Shown: positions 1 to 13,056 of the stretch, one piece after another | How the letters are laid out: the number at the start of each line of letters is the position of its first letter | Numbering within the stretch: the first letter of the stretch is position 1 | Origin: Bacilli bacterium | GTDB lineage: Bacteria; Bacillota_I; Bacilli_A; RFN20; CAG-826 | Assembly (NCBI GenBank): GCA_024687185.1 | Contig: JAILEX010000048.1 | Location: 1,266-65,265 of the forward strand | Direction of reading: 5' to 3' | DNA length: 64,000 bases | The notes under the pieces: generated by a model | What the model was told of the DNA's origin: nothing | What the model saw: the letters and a program-made list of their open reading frames with translations, nothing else | Databases searched by the model: none | Translations under genes and position numbers: made by a program

Positions 1-657
1 CCCATAGGAAAGGATCTTCTCGAAGGCGCTTTGCTGCTCCGGATTCAATACATGGGGTTGCTCTTTTTCGTATTCCGGGATCAAAAGGCGGTTCCTTTCC
101 TTTTTGGTCAAGACTAGGTAATTGCCTTCCACCAAAGTCTTTACGATCGAAGGATGGCCCGCTTCCTTTTTGCGGATTTCCCCGTTTCTAAGGACAAGCA
201 GCAATAGTTCCCTTTGCTTATCGGTGACGTGAAGGGAATCGATATCGATATCCTCGGGCAGGGAAAGCCAATCCTCATAGGCGATCTTAGGCCCTTTGGT
301 GGCTGAAATCGCGGGTTTTAAGGAAGAGGGGAGCATCGCCTGAAGCACGCTGACCTTAGGGGAAAGGTAATAGGAAGATACCTCATCCACAAGGGTTAGC
401 AGTTCGTTATTCAGCAAGGGTTCCTTGTCATATAGGGATTCGATATAGGCGACATGGAACCCAAAGGCTTTATCGATTTCCTCTACGCTGGCGTTAGTCT
501 CCCTCACCTTGCTAACAAAGCCCATGATCCTTTGGTGGTTGAAGGAGATGATGACGCGAAATCCCACTTCCGCCTTCTCCTTGCCATCATAAAGATAGGA
601 AAAGGTCCTATCCAGATGATAGGTGGGATGCTGGATTAGGACGTCTAGGATCTGCAT
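1..657 (-). CDS. priA: Primosomal protein N' (PriA), N-terminal part; the gene continues beyond the left window edge
   Basis: Not in the ORF track because it runs off the window. Hand translation of the minus strand from the ATG at 657-655 gives MQILDVLIQHPTYHLDRTFSYLYDGKEKAEVGFRVIISFNHQRIMGFVSKV...HVLNPEQQSAFEKILSYG. This is a PriA-like N-terminal DNA-binding region followed by the LNxEQ lead-in to helicase motif I. It lies just downstream of gmk, as in many Bacillota. Confidence 0.7.
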   Translation of the reverse strand, partial: MQILDVLIQHPTYHLDRTFSYLYDGKEKAEVGFRVIISFNHQRIMGFVSKVRETNASVEEIDKAFGFHVAYIESLYDKEPLLNNELLTLVDEVSSYYLSPKVSVLQAMLPSSLKPAISATKGPKIAYEDWLSLPEDIDIDSLHVTDKQRELLLLVLRNGEIRKKEAGHPSIVKTLVEGNYLVLTKKERNRLLIPEYEKEQPHVLNPEQQSAFEKILSYG

Positions 658-700
658 ATGCTAATTTTAGCATAAGAAAATAGGTGTGGTTCCCCCTTAG

Positions 701-741
701 AAAAAAGCGCAACCAAGGAGGAATAGTCTCGGTGATTGCGC
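701..741 (-). terminator. Possible intrinsic terminator after gmk
   Basis: The minus strand reads GCGCAATC-(19 nt loop)-GGTTGCGC followed by TTTTTT. The 8-bp stem has one G-U pair and the loop is large, so confidence is low. Confidence 0.35.
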
Positions 742-751
742 TATATTCTTG

Positions 752-1309
752 CTATTTTAGGATGATCGAGGCGATCTCGTCGGCGGCCCGTTCCACGTCA
801 TCGTTATAGACGCGGTATTGGTATCGCCATGCCTTCTTTAGTTCGGCGTTGGCCTTATCCAGCCTTTCCCTAATCACTTCTTCCGATTCGGTCCTTCTGC
901 CGCGAATCCTCGCCTCTAGGGATTCCAAATTGGGCGGGAGAAGGAAGATCGTGACGGCGTCAGGGCACTTCCTTACGACATTGGATTGTCCGTTGACATC
1001 GATTTCGAGCAAGACGTTTTTGCCATCGTCGCGCATCTTTTCCACGGCCGGAAGCGGGGTGCCGTATAGGTTTCCGACGAATTCGTTCCATTCGAGAAGG
1101 TTGCCCTTTTTGATCTCCTCCTCGAATTTTTCGCGAGTCACGAAGATGTAGTCCCGGCCATCGACTTCGCCGGCCCTAATGGGCCTGGTAGTCATCGACA
1201 CGGAATAAAAAAGGTTGAGTTCGGGGCGGCGGATCAAAGCAAGTCGAACAGTACCCTTGCCGACACCGGAGGGACCCGATAATATTATGAGTTTGCCTCT
1301 TTTTTCCAT
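752..1309 (-). CDS. gmk: Guanylate kinase
   Basis: 185 aa. P-loop GPSGVGKGT and TTRPxRxGExDGxDYxF motifs; typical length. Confidence 0.95.
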   Translation of the reverse strand: MEKRGKLIILSGPSGVGKGTVRLALIRRPELNLFYSVSMTTRPIRAGEVDGRDYIFVTREKFEEEIKKGNLLEWNEFVGNLYGTPLPAVEKMRDDGKNVLLEIDVNGQSNVVRKCPDAVTIFLLPPNLESLEARIRGRRTESEEVIRERLDKANAELKKAWRYQYRVYNDDVERAADEIASIILK

Positions 1310-1455
1310 GTATGAATTTTATAGATAGTAAGGCTCTCGTTCAATATCTTTTTACTTATTATTTTCGAATAGACTGACAAATAGGCCGAACATTTTCGTC
1401 CCCATTGTCCTGCAAGGGTGTTTTTTCTATTTAGAAAAAGAGGATAATTAGGGTT

Positions 1456-2853
1456 ATGAGGATATCGTCGCTAGAATGGAAGGATTATGCGGATGAGCTT
1501 TCTCTTCTCCTTATGGGGAATAGGGTCAGCAAGGTCTGCCACTATGATAACGCCGTCTTTTCCTTTTCCCTAACTAACGGCAAGTCCTTGTTATGTTGCC
1601 TAGGCGGCGAACAGCCTAGGATCTACGTCTCACCGAACCTCTTTTCTAGCGCGAGCTTGAATTCCACTTTGGGCGCGGCCATGAGGAAACACCTTTCCGG
1701 GGCCAAGATAGAACGGGTCGAAATCCTTAACGAGGATTCTGTCCTTTCCCTTCTTTTTACGGGCACAAACGACATCTTCCAGCCCGTTTCCTTCTATCTT
1801 ATCGCCGAACTTATCCCCTTTAAGGGCAACTTGATTTTGCTTGATGGGGATAAGAGGATCCTCGCAAGCCTATATTCCTCTAGCCTAGATTCGCCTAGGC
1901 CTTTGTTCCATGGGCTTCGCTACTTTTGTCCCGAAAACAAAGGCGCCCCTTCGTTAACTAGGGAAAAGATACCCTATAGGGAAATGGCGGAAAGATGGAT
2001 CAAGGAAGAGGATTCCATCAAGGAGAAAAGGAAGCTAGGCATCTATGCAAGCGTATTCGCCAAGGCGAAGAAGAACATAAAGACCCTGCAAAACCGCCTT
2101 AAGGCCATCGATAGCGACATCGAAAACGCCAAAAAGCATCTTGGCGATGCCGAAATCGGCAACTACATCTACACGGTCATTGACGAAATCGACCCACGTC
2201 TTGGCTATTTTGATTATTATGGCGAGAAAATCGCCCTTAACGAGGCCTTCTCGGCCAGTAAAAACGCCGAGATCTTCTTTAAACGTTACAAAAAGGCGAA
2301 ATCCACCATCGCCTTGGCGGAAGAAAGAAAGAAGAAAACCCTCCTTGAATTAGAGGAAGCCACTTCCTTCCTTCATATCCTTTACCTATCTAGCGAAGAG
2401 GATTTGGCGAGGTATTCCAAGGAAATCGGGGCCCTTGAGTCTAAAGGCAGCCAGGCCAATTACGCCCACTCCACCTCCTTCTTACCCTATGAATGCTTTG
2501 TGGGCGAAGTGCGCTACGTATTCGGGAAAAACGCCCGGCAAAACGACTTTTTGGGAACGATGTTCTCCAAGCAGGGCGAATATATCTGGCTCCACGTCAA
2601 ATATGGCCATGGGTCGCACCTTATCATCGATAAACCCTCCCCTAGCGACAAGGAGATAGAAAAAGGCTGCGAGATCGCCCTTCTTGCCTCTAACCTAACC
2701 GCCGGGGAAGTCATGATGGCGAAGAAGAAAGACGTTAGGAAGGGGAATGCCATCGGCTTGGCGGTATTAAAAACCTATACCTCCGCCACGATCAAGGATA
2801 TCTCCAAACAGTCCAAGCAGGCCTACGAAATGGCAAGGAAGGTCAAGATATGA
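1456..2853 (+). CDS. rqcH: NFACT-family RNA-binding protein (RqcH / fibronectin-binding protein A-like, DUF814)
   Basis: 465 aa. NFACT-N-like N-terminus, a central Lys/Glu coiled-coil region, and a C-terminal DUF814-like block (GEYIWLHVKYGHGSHLII ... LAASNL..AGEV). Shorter than B. subtilis RqcH. Confidence 0.7.
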   Translation: MRISSLEWKDYADELSLLLMGNRVSKVCHYDNAVFSFSLTNGKSLLCCLGGEQPRIYVSPNLFSSASLNSTLGAAMRKHLSGAKIERVEILNEDSVLSLLFTGTNDIFQPVSFYLIAELIPFKGNLILLDGDKRILASLYSSSLDSPRPLFHGLRYFCPENKGAPSLTREKIPYREMAERWIKEEDSIKEKRKLGIYASVFAKAKKNIKTLQNRLKAIDSDIENAKKHLGDAEIGNYIYTVIDEIDPRLGYFDYYGEKIALNEAFSASKNAEIFFKRYKKAKSTIALAEERKKKTLLELEEATSFLHILYLSSEEDLARYSKEIGALESKGSQANYAHSTSFLPYECFVGEVRYVFGKNARQNDFLGTMFSKQGEYIWLHVKYGHGSHLIIDKPSPSDKEIEKGCEIALLASNLTAGEVMMAKKKDVRKGNAIGLAVLKTYTSATIKDISKQSKQAYEMARKVKI

Positions 2854-3731
2854 ACCAAGCCAACATGGACCTTGCGATAACCCTTTTCGAGCAAATCACC
2901 CACAGTAAGGTGTATTCGATCCGCCCAATCCAGGCCGATCTATGCAACGAAAACTACCTGATCAACCTCCAATTCGTGATCAGGCTAAAGCATTCCTATG
3001 CTATCGATAGGGACTTCTTCTCCGCCAAGGAGGAATACCAGATCCTCCGCGACCTCTCCGCCTCACCGCTTCACGATATCCTCCCCCAGATCATGGGATA
3101 TGACCCACAAAGCGGGAACATGCTTAGGAAATACGTCATCTTGACGGAGGAAATCCAAGAGAAAAACGGCGAATTCCTCCGTTATCTTTCCTTGATTGAG
3201 ACGATAAAGAAACTCCATTCCTTCCAAGGCGAATATAGGTTCGTCAACCCCATTTTGCTCTATAACGAATTCAAGGATAGGCTAGGCGAGGAATTCCATA
3301 AGGAATACGAAAACGACGTCCTCTCTAGATGCAAGCAAGCCTTCTCCTCCTCTCCCATTAGGCCATGCGCCTGCCATATCGACCCCTACTCCTTCATCTA
3401 TGACCAAAAGAGGAAGAACACCAAGCTGACCTCCCTCGAATATGGTGGCTCTAGCTTTGAGATCGTCGATATCGCTAGCATCCTATGCGAAAACGAAATC
3501 TCACCCTCGATGAAAGAAAGGCTCATCAACGCCTATTATGGCATCAAAAACGTGACGCAAAGCAAAATCGATGACGTCTACGCGGTCATGGAACTGCTTG
3601 ATATGATCGGCTACCTCCACGCCACCTTGCGCTACAAGGAGGATATGGAGGAGACCCAGCTTTCCCTAGCCCACAAGAAAATGGGCAGCATCAGAAAGCA
3701 TATCCGCCTATTTTTGGGTAAGCCAAAATAA
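2850..3731 (+). CDS. Phosphotransferase-fold protein (choline/ethanolamine kinase / APH-like), substrate unknown
   Basis: 293 aa. Its start overlaps the rqcH stop (ATGA). It has an LCNENYLIN block resembling the TNxNY nucleotide-lid motif and CHIDPYSFIYD resembling the HxDxxxxN catalytic loop, but both are degenerate. Confidence 0.4.
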   Translation: MNQANMDLAITLFEQITHSKVYSIRPIQADLCNENYLINLQFVIRLKHSYAIDRDFFSAKEEYQILRDLSASPLHDILPQIMGYDPQSGNMLRKYVILTEEIQEKNGEFLRYLSLIETIKKLHSFQGEYRFVNPILLYNEFKDRLGEEFHKEYENDVLSRCKQAFSSSPIRPCACHIDPYSFIYDQKRKNTKLTSLEYGGSSFEIVDIASILCENEISPSMKERLINAYYGIKNVTQSKIDDVYAVMELLDMIGYLHATLRYKEDMEETQLSLAHKKMGSIRKHIRLFLGKPK

Positions 3732-3765
3732 GAGATAGGGGAAATATCGATAAGAGAGAAGGGGC

Positions 3766-5649
3766 TTATTCCCCTTCCTTTTCCTTTTTGTCCTTTATTA
3801 TCCTGATGATGAAGAATATGACGAACACCAAAACCGCGGCCACCGAATAACCTAGGAAATCGATGCCGACGTCGGTGATGCTCGCGCCACGGCTAAGCAT
3901 GGGAAGAGCCTGTATCAATTCGCTTATGCCCGCCAAGGCAAAGCCAAAGAAAAGGAACGCGGCGAACAAGATGAGCATTTCCTTTTTGTTTTTATAGCTA
4001 TCGGAAAGGAATAGCCCTATCGCCCCAAATGTCGCGGTAAAGGCGAATAACGCCAGATGCCCCGCCGCTTTCCTAATGAAACTAGAGAAATCGCCCATTT
4101 CACTCTCTGGGATCGCGGGCTTAGGCGCCACTTTGATGGCGATGCTTTTCTTCGTGGCCTCCCCTAGGGAATTGGAATAGACCGAAATCGTTAGGTCGCC
4201 TTGCGAAAGCAAATTGACCTGCGGGGTATTGGTATCGTTATTCAATACCTTGCCGATTTTGCCATCCGATAGATCCACGTGGACCGATTTATCGCCGCAA
4301 TTGGCGGGAAGGAAATCGGCCAACACCTCAATCGAATTGCCCGCCACCACCTCGCTAGCGTCCTCTACCGCCTTCTTATTGCTTTGGAAGGAGAAAGAGA
4401 CCGAGGAGGGTGGGACTTCCTTGGAGGTGATTTCCATTTTGGCGGAAACGCTTGGGTTTTCCTCCAAATAGCAGCGGATATTGGTCTTGCCCTTATTGCG
4501 GTACCCGGCCACGAACCCGCCTTCCTTATAGGTATAGACTTCCTTTTCGTCCACCTTTTCCATCTCGTAGCGGTCATTTTCGACCATCGCGATGAGATGG
4601 TCTTCGCTTTCATAACGAAGTGCGGGCGTTTTAGTGGGCGTGAACTCATTGCCTAGGGAATTATAGAAATGCGGGGTAAGCTTCACCCCATAGGAGAGTT
4701 TGGAATAATCGTAATCCAAAGGGGAGACGAAACCGGAATCCGCGGAAAGCGAAATCGAGGCGATGTCCTCTTTTTCATATGTCCCCTCCACTTTGATGGT
4801 GGATACCTTTTCCCCGTTAAAAAGCAAATCGGCCTCGCCGCTAGAGACGCCCTTGATTAGGCCTCCGTTAGAGACGGTGAAGATGCTTTCGTTACTGGAA
4901 GAGAATTCCGCCAAGGTCGGGTTGACGAAGCGGCAAAGGTAATGGTGGACGGATTCATCGCTTCTTTCGTAGTCCCCAAAGGAAAGCGCATAGGGGAAGT
5001 TTTTGCTTTCGCCAATAGAGACAGTATAGCTTTCTAGTGGGGAGGAGATCTCCTTTGGAGAGAGGCGATTGACGCATTCGAATTCGATTTTCTCCTCATG
5101 TCCTCCCGCGTCTTTTAGCAGAAAGGAATATTGTCCCTCCACAAGCGGGATGATCCTAATGGCACCACCGTTAGTGGACGTGTTCACGGTTTTCGAATAG
5201 GAATCCTTGCCAGGGCAAGCCACCTCGACCAAGTCGACTTGCGAGGTGAATAGGCTTGCTTCCTCAGGATAGGAAAGAGTATAGGTAAACATCCTCGTGG
5301 TACCTACGACCGCCTTATCTTCGTCATATAGCAATACCTTTTTCCCGTCTTCGTCCTTATAGGAAAGGATATTGGAGGATACCTTTAATTCGCTTGGGGC
5401 ATATGGTTTTGCGGGTTCCCCGGGAAAAAGGATATTGATAATGCTCGCGGCCCAGGCAGAAAAGGCGCTACTTTGTTCCCCACTTGCCCCAGTTGGAGTC
5501 GCGCTTTCGGCCAAAACCAGTAGGGACAAAGCAAAAAAGACCCCCAAAAACGCGGCGGATACGATGTTCTTTCGTTTTGGTTTAACAGAATTTTCTTTCA
5601 TAGCGGATCTTGGCTTGGCGGATGATGTCCTTGGCTTTGCTTGCGCCAT
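3766..5649 (-). CDS. Membrane protein with a large extracellular Ig-like (Big_2-like) region and a C-terminal VanZ-like domain
   Basis: 627 aa. N-terminal TM helix (IVSAAFLGVFFALSLLVLA). Middle segments resemble FTVSNGGLIKGVSSGEADLLF (Big_2-like). The C-terminus GHLALFAF...SELIQALPMLSRGASITDVGIDFLGYS matches the VanZ pattern. The start is uncertain (alternative ATG at 5601); either start overlaps the ppa 3' end. Confidence 0.55.
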   Translation of the reverse strand: MAQAKPRTSSAKPRSAMKENSVKPKRKNIVSAAFLGVFFALSLLVLAESATPTGASGEQSSAFSAWAASIINILFPGEPAKPYAPSELKVSSNILSYKDEDGKKVLLYDEDKAVVGTTRMFTYTLSYPEEASLFTSQVDLVEVACPGKDSYSKTVNTSTNGGAIRIIPLVEGQYSFLLKDAGGHEEKIEFECVNRLSPKEISSPLESYTVSIGESKNFPYALSFGDYERSDESVHHYLCRFVNPTLAEFSSSNESIFTVSNGGLIKGVSSGEADLLFNGEKVSTIKVEGTYEKEDIASISLSADSGFVSPLDYDYSKLSYGVKLTPHFYNSLGNEFTPTKTPALRYESEDHLIAMVENDRYEMEKVDEKEVYTYKEGGFVAGYRNKGKTNIRCYLEENPSVSAKMEITSKEVPPSSVSFSFQSNKKAVEDASEVVAGNSIEVLADFLPANCGDKSVHVDLSDGKIGKVLNNDTNTPQVNLLSQGDLTISVYSNSLGEATKKSIAIKVAPKPAIPESEMGDFSSFIRKAAGHLALFAFTATFGAIGLFLSDSYKNKKEMLILFAAFLFFGFALAGISELIQALPMLSRGASITDVGIDFLGYSVAAVLVFVIFFIIRIIKDKKEKEGE

Positions 5650-6133
5650 GGATATCCCCGATCTCGGTGCATTTGCCGGTTTCTAGTTGCTTATAGACGG
5701 TAAAGAAATGCCTGATTTCCTCCAATATATGCTGAGGAAGTTCCTTGATGTCCCTAAAGAAGTTATAGACGGGGTCGTTCTCGCAGATCGCGATGATCTT
5801 CTCATCGACCTTGCCCGAATCGGTCATGGAAAGCACGCCGATTGGATAGGCGTGGACCAAGGCGAGGGGGACGACGGGGATCGAGGTGATGACCAAAACG
5901 TCAAGTGGGTCTTCGTCTAGTCCCCAGGTGCGGGGGATGAAGCCATAGTTTTGGGGGTAATGGGTCGCCGTGAACAGGACCCTATCCAGGACCAAGGCGC
6001 CCGTTTCCTCATCCATTTCGTATTTCGCCGAGGTCCCCATCGGGATTTCGATGCACGCGAGGAAATGCTCAGGCGTGATTTTCTTTTCGTCGACGGAATG
6101 TAGGATATTCATGGAAGGCTCCTTCTTTATCAA
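5582..6133 (-). CDS. ppa: Inorganic pyrophosphatase, family I
   Basis: 183 aa. Motifs IEIPxGxxxKYExD, YPxNYGFIPxT and DPLDVLV. Alternative start at the ATG at 6112. Confidence 0.9.
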   Translation of the reverse strand: MIKKEPSMNILHSVDEKKITPEHFLACIEIPMGTSAKYEMDEETGALVLDRVLFTATHYPQNYGFIPRTWGLDEDPLDVLVITSIPVVPLALVHAYPIGVLSMTDSGKVDEKIIAICENDPVYNFFRDIKELPQHILEEIRHFFTVYKQLETGKCTEIGDIHGASKAKDIIRQAKIRYERKFC

Positions 6134-6187
6134 GACTAATTATCCCAAATTTTTCTCCCATAGGAAGGGGGTAATCCTTTTTCATAT

Positions 6188-6973
6188 ATGGTTTATAATT
6201 ATCCCGTGCTGAAAAAACGCCCCATTGTCCTATCCTTCATTCCCCTGCTCCTTCTTTCTTCCTGCAACAAGAAAGTCGGCGAGGAGCTTAACGCCCAAAA
6301 GAATGGTTTGGGGCTATTTCAATATGGCGAGGTAGTGGGCAAAGCCTATTCGTCCACCGATACCTTCTCCTCCTATTGCATAAGTGACGACGGAAGCAAA
6401 ATCATCGAGGCAATAGAAAATAGGGAAAACGTGTTCGTTCTCCAAACCGCCAAGGACTGCAGCCACTGCCAAAAGCTCATGCCAAGGCTATGCGAATTCC
6501 TTTCCCTCTACCCCGTTAAGACCTTCCTAATCGAAGCCCCATCGCTAAAGGATTGTGGTAACGTCAAAAGCGCATTCGAGAAGATTGGCACCGCCTATCC
6601 TAGCCTTACCTTCAAACTCGAATTCCCCCGCGCCACGACGATCTCCTCAACCCTGACCGAGACCTCCTTCCTTTTTAGCGGCTATACCGCTTCCGTCGGG
6701 GATATGTGCAACCTCCTTCTTAACCAGTTCCACACCGAGAACATCCTCTATTTCGAAAAGGAGGCGTCCTTTGCTAACTATTTAAAGGAAAATGGCACAT
6801 CGGGGTATGCCTATTCCTCTCTTTCTTCCTTTATGGAAAACGACAAAAAGGACATATTGGGGAAATCGAAAAACCTGGCGATATGCCCTTCTTCCACCCT
6901 TAACGAAGGCTATTATGCCTATAACGAAGGATTAGTTAGCATCGATAAGGAAGAGGCCTTGAAGCTACTTTGA
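6188..6973 (+). CDS. Lipoprotein with a thioredoxin-like CxxC motif
   Basis: 261 aa. Lipobox LLLSSC after a KKR-h-region signal; CSHC motif (AKDCSHCQKLMP). A GTG at 6206 would give a more canonical signal peptide (see the leaderless-start finding). Confidence 0.5.
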   Translation: MVYNYPVLKKRPIVLSFIPLLLLSSCNKKVGEELNAQKNGLGLFQYGEVVGKAYSSTDTFSSYCISDDGSKIIEAIENRENVFVLQTAKDCSHCQKLMPRLCEFLSLYPVKTFLIEAPSLKDCGNVKSAFEKIGTAYPSLTFKLEFPRATTISSTLTETSFLFSGYTASVGDMCNLLLNQFHTENILYFEKEASFANYLKENGTSGYAYSSLSSFMENDKKDILGKSKNLAICPSSTLNEGYYAYNEGLVSIDKEEALKLL

Positions 6974-6995
6974 TAAGACGAAAAAACGCCCGCAT
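6971..6995 (-). terminator. Intrinsic terminator after the ATP-grasp gene / atp operon (possibly bidirectional)
   Basis: The minus strand reads ACGCCTGCGGATGCGGGCGT followed by TTTTTT. On the plus strand a T-run follows after a 5-nt gap. Confidence 0.5.
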
Positions 6996-7024
6996 CCGCA
7001 GGCGTCAAAGCTTTTTATCGATCT

Positions 7025-8244
7025 TTATTTCACGCGCTCGGTGACAAAGGAAGCGAATTCCTTGCCTTCCTCAAGCGTTTTGAATTTGGCGTAATAATAG
7101 AAGTCCCCCATCTCGTGGGCGATATGGGCGGGGTAGCGGCCATGCATATTGAGGCAATTATGGTACTTCGTAAGTATCTCCTCCTCGCTATGGACATAGG
7201 TCGCGGCTTTCCTTCTAGAAACGGCGAAGGCATAGAACTTCTCTAGGTCGAGCCTTTGGCGGTTTTCGTTATAGCAGATGATATCGGCGTACATCTGGTA
7301 GATCGAGATGGAATTGCCGAAGTTCATAAGGTCGGGGGTATAGCCGCCTGGGGAACGCATATTGCATTCTAGTCCAAGGACCTCGCCTTTTTTGCCTAGT
7401 CCCGGCTTATCCTTTTCGAGGACGAAGAATTCGACGTGGAAGGGCCTTTTCTTGATGCCGAAGGCCTTGATGACGTTGCGGCCAAGCTTCTCAAAGGCTT
7501 CCCCATCCATATCCTCGAAGGGCAAGGAGAAGGGATTGTCGTAATAGATGACGTCGGCCTGTTCGGCGACTAGTTTGTCAATAGGCGTTGGGAAATGGTC
7601 GGCGGTGGAGAAGACGACGTCGCCTTCTTCGTTGACCAAACCGTCATAGGAGACGATATAGCCTTCGATTAGCTCCTCCATGATGTAGGTCTCGACGAGT
7701 TTGCGGTCGAGGAATGTCTCTAGTTCGGCTTCGTTATGGATCGCATAGGAATCGCTTGCGCCGACACCGACATTGGGTTTGACGAAGACGGGATAGCCGA
7801 CCTCGGAGACGAATTTCTTCACCTTCTCCTCGTCTTGCCTGCCATCCACTAAGGTATAGCGCATGGTCTTCGCGCCGCCTTTTTTGAAGAATTCCTTCAT
7901 CGCGGATTTGGCCTTGATGCCATCCATCTGCTCGGGGAGGAAGCCGCTGGTGACGCCAAAGTCCTTACGTAGCCTCGCATCCATCGTAAGCCACCATTCG
8001 TTGTTGCTTTCGATGAAATCGATATGACCGTATTTGGACTGGAAATAGGCGACCGCACGGCGCATGTTGTCGTAATTGGACATGTCGCCGACGAAATAAT
8101 ATTCGCGCAAAGCCGCCTTCAGACGGTCATGGATCTCGTAATAGGGGGAATCGCCGATGCCAAGGACATTGACGCCATGGTCGCGCAAGGCCTCTACCCA
8201 TTTGAAATAACGGACCGGGAAATTTGGGGATATAAAGATAAAAT

Positions 8245-8248
<4 letters not shown>
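7025..8248 (-). CDS. ATP-grasp domain protein of unknown specificity
   Basis: 407 aa. ATP-grasp-like blocks (GYPVFVKPNVGVGASDSYAI, IMEELIEGYIVSYDGL, FHVEFFV...LECNMRSPGG). Its ATG overlaps the atpC stop (ATGA at 8245-8248). Confidence 0.7.
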
Positions 8249-10978
<2,730 letters not shown>

Positions 10979-10998
10979 TTGTCCTTACTTCTTCCTTA

Positions 10999-12513
10999 TT
11001 ATTTGGCCCTACTTGACAGATATTCCCCGATGACCCTATCGAAGGTGGCGGAGATATCTTCGCTTAAGACGCCGCTAGATTGGAGGGCGTCGAGTTCTTT
11101 CTTGCACTTACTTTCCGCGTAGGCGTCAAGTTCGACTAGGCTAGTTCCTACTTCCGCTAAGGGAAGGGAATCGAAATAGCCCTTGCCGACGGTATATAGC
11201 TCAAAGACCTGTTTCCATAATGGATAGGGCCTATATTGCTTTTGCTTCAAGGTCTCCATCAATACGCCGCCATGGGTGAGGATCTTCTTCGTGGCGGGGT
11301 CGAGGTCGCTGCCGAATTGCGAGAAGGAAAGCATCTCGCGGTAGGAGGCGAGTTCGATCTTTAGGCTCTTCGCGACCGATTTCATGGCCTTGGTTTGGGC
11401 CGCGCCGCCGACACGGCTCACGGAGAAGCCGCTATCGATGGCCGGGCGTTGGCCTTCGTTGAAGTAATCGACGACTAGGAAGATCTGGCCATCGGTGATG
11501 GAGATGACGTTAGTTGGGATATAGGCGGAAATGTCGCCCGCCTGGGTTTCGATGATCGGAAGCGCGGTGATGGAGCCTCCGCCAAAGTCCTTCGAGAGGC
11601 GGCAAGCGCGCTCAAGGAGGCGGGAATGGAGGTAGAAGATGTCGCCGGGGAAGGCTTCGCGGCCCGGGGCGCGCTTAAGAAGCAACGCCAAGGTACGGTA
11701 GGCGACGGCGTGTTTGGAAAGGTCGTCAAAGACGATTAGGACGTCCTCGCCCTTTTCCATCCACTCCTCGGCAATGGCCATGCCGGCGAAGGGGGCGATA
11801 TATTGCAAAGGCGCGCTTTCGCTAGCGGAGGCGCTGACCACGGTCACATAGTCCATGCAACCCATGCTCTTTAGCCTATCGACTAAGCTGGCGACGCTGC
11901 TATTCTTCTGTCCGATTGCGACGTAGACGCATTTCACGCCTTTGCCCTTTTGGTTGATGATCGTATCTAGGGCAATCGCGGTTTTGCCGGTTTGCCTATC
12001 GCCGATGATGAGTTCGCGCTGTCCCCTGCCGATTGGGATCATGGCGTCGATCGCCTTGATGCCGGTTTCAAGTGGGGTATCCACGCTTTTCCTTGTCATG
12101 ACGCCTGGGGCGATGCGCTCGATGGGGCGCGTTTTCTCGCTAACGATGGGGGTGGGGTTATCAATGGGCTGGCCTAAGGCGTTTACCACGCGGCCAAGAA
12201 GGCCATCCCCGACCGGGACCTCCACCACGCGGTGGGTCCTTTTGACGGTATCGCCCTCCATGATTTCCCTGTCGTTGCCAAGAAGCACGGCGCCGACGTC
12301 CTCGTTATCGAGGTTCATGACCATGCCATAGACGTCATGGGGGAACACCAATAGTTCGCCTAGCATCGCCTTATCTAGGCCATAGCAAAGGGCGATCCCA
12401 TCGCCGACGGAGATGACGGTTCCCACGTCATCGGTCTCGAGTTTGGATTCATATCCCTTTATCTGGGCCTTTAGAAGCGTTGTGATTTCGCTTGAATCTA
12501 TCTTCATGGTCAA
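10999..12513 (-). CDS. atpA: F1 ATP synthase alpha subunit
   Basis: 504 aa. Motifs [32 protein letters not shown] and ITDGQIFL. Confidence 0.97.
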   Translation of the reverse strand: MTMKIDSSEITTLLKAQIKGYESKLETDDVGTVISVGDGIALCYGLDKAMLGELLVFPHDVYGMVMNLDNEDVGAVLLGNDREIMEGDTVKRTHRVVEVPVGDGLLGRVVNALGQPIDNPTPIVSEKTRPIERIAPGVMTRKSVDTPLETGIKAIDAMIPIGRGQRELIIGDRQTGKTAIALDTIINQKGKGVKCVYVAIGQKNSSVASLVDRLKSMGCMDYVTVVSASASESAPLQYIAPFAGMAIAEEWMEKGEDVLIVFDDLSKHAVAYRTLALLLKRAPGREAFPGDIFYLHSRLLERACRLSKDFGGGSITALPIIETQAGDISAYIPTNVISITDGQIFLVVDYFNEGQRPAIDSGFSVSRVGGAAQTKAMKSVAKSLKIELASYREMLSFSQFGSDLDPATKKILTHGGVLMETLKQKQYRPYPLWKQVFELYTVGKGYFDSLPLAEVGTSLVELDAYAESKCKKELDALQSSGVLSEDISATFDRVIGEYLSSRAK

Positions 12514-12522
12514 TTTGCCTCC

Positions 12523-13050
12523 TTATTTCTTAAGGGTCTTCTGCAGTTCTAGGAGCTTGTTCCTCAAACTGCCGTCATAGACTTTGCCGTCCAAGGCGAC
12601 CTTCACGCCGCCAAGGAGAGTCTCGTCCACTCTATTCTTCAATCGCACGTCCGCACCAAGTTTTTTGGTGAAGGCGGCTTCGAGCTCTTTGATTTGCTTG
12701 CCGCTAAGCGAGGAAGAGGAATAGACGATTCCCTGCTTCCTGCCCACCGCCACGTCGACTAAGGTTTGGTAGGCCTCCACGATGCCATCGATATGGCTCA
12801 TCCTATGATGGGCGATAATTAGCATCAAAAAGGCCTTCATATGGGGAAGGGGGTCCTTCCCGATGATGATATCGACGATTCTTTCTTTCTCAACCGTTGT
12901 CAGATTGGGCGAAGAAAGGGCCGTCTTGGCTTCGGGGTTATCCTCCAAAACGCCGCAGAAAGACTGCAGGGCATGGAGATATTCCTCACTTCTTTTCCTT
13001 TCGACGAGTCCGTATAAGGCGTCGGCGTAATTCGCGTAGAGCTCTTCCAT
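12523..13050 (-). CDS. atpH: F1 ATP synthase delta (OSCP) subunit
   Basis: 175 aa. Position between atpF and atpA; C-terminal LLGGVKVALDGKVYDGSLRNKL. Confidence 0.8.
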   Translation of the reverse strand: MEELYANYADALYGLVERKRSEEYLHALQSFCGVLEDNPEAKTALSSPNLTTVEKERIVDIIIGKDPLPHMKAFLMLIIAHHRMSHIDGIVEAYQTLVDVAVGRKQGIVYSSSSLSGKQIKELEAAFTKKLGADVRLKNRVDETLLGGVKVALDGKVYDGSLRNKLLELQKTLKK

Positions 13051-13056
13051 ATGGGC

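Noticed and set aside
454-639. 61-aa plus-strand ORF
   Set aside because: It lies antisense within the clearly recognisable PriA N-terminal coding region.
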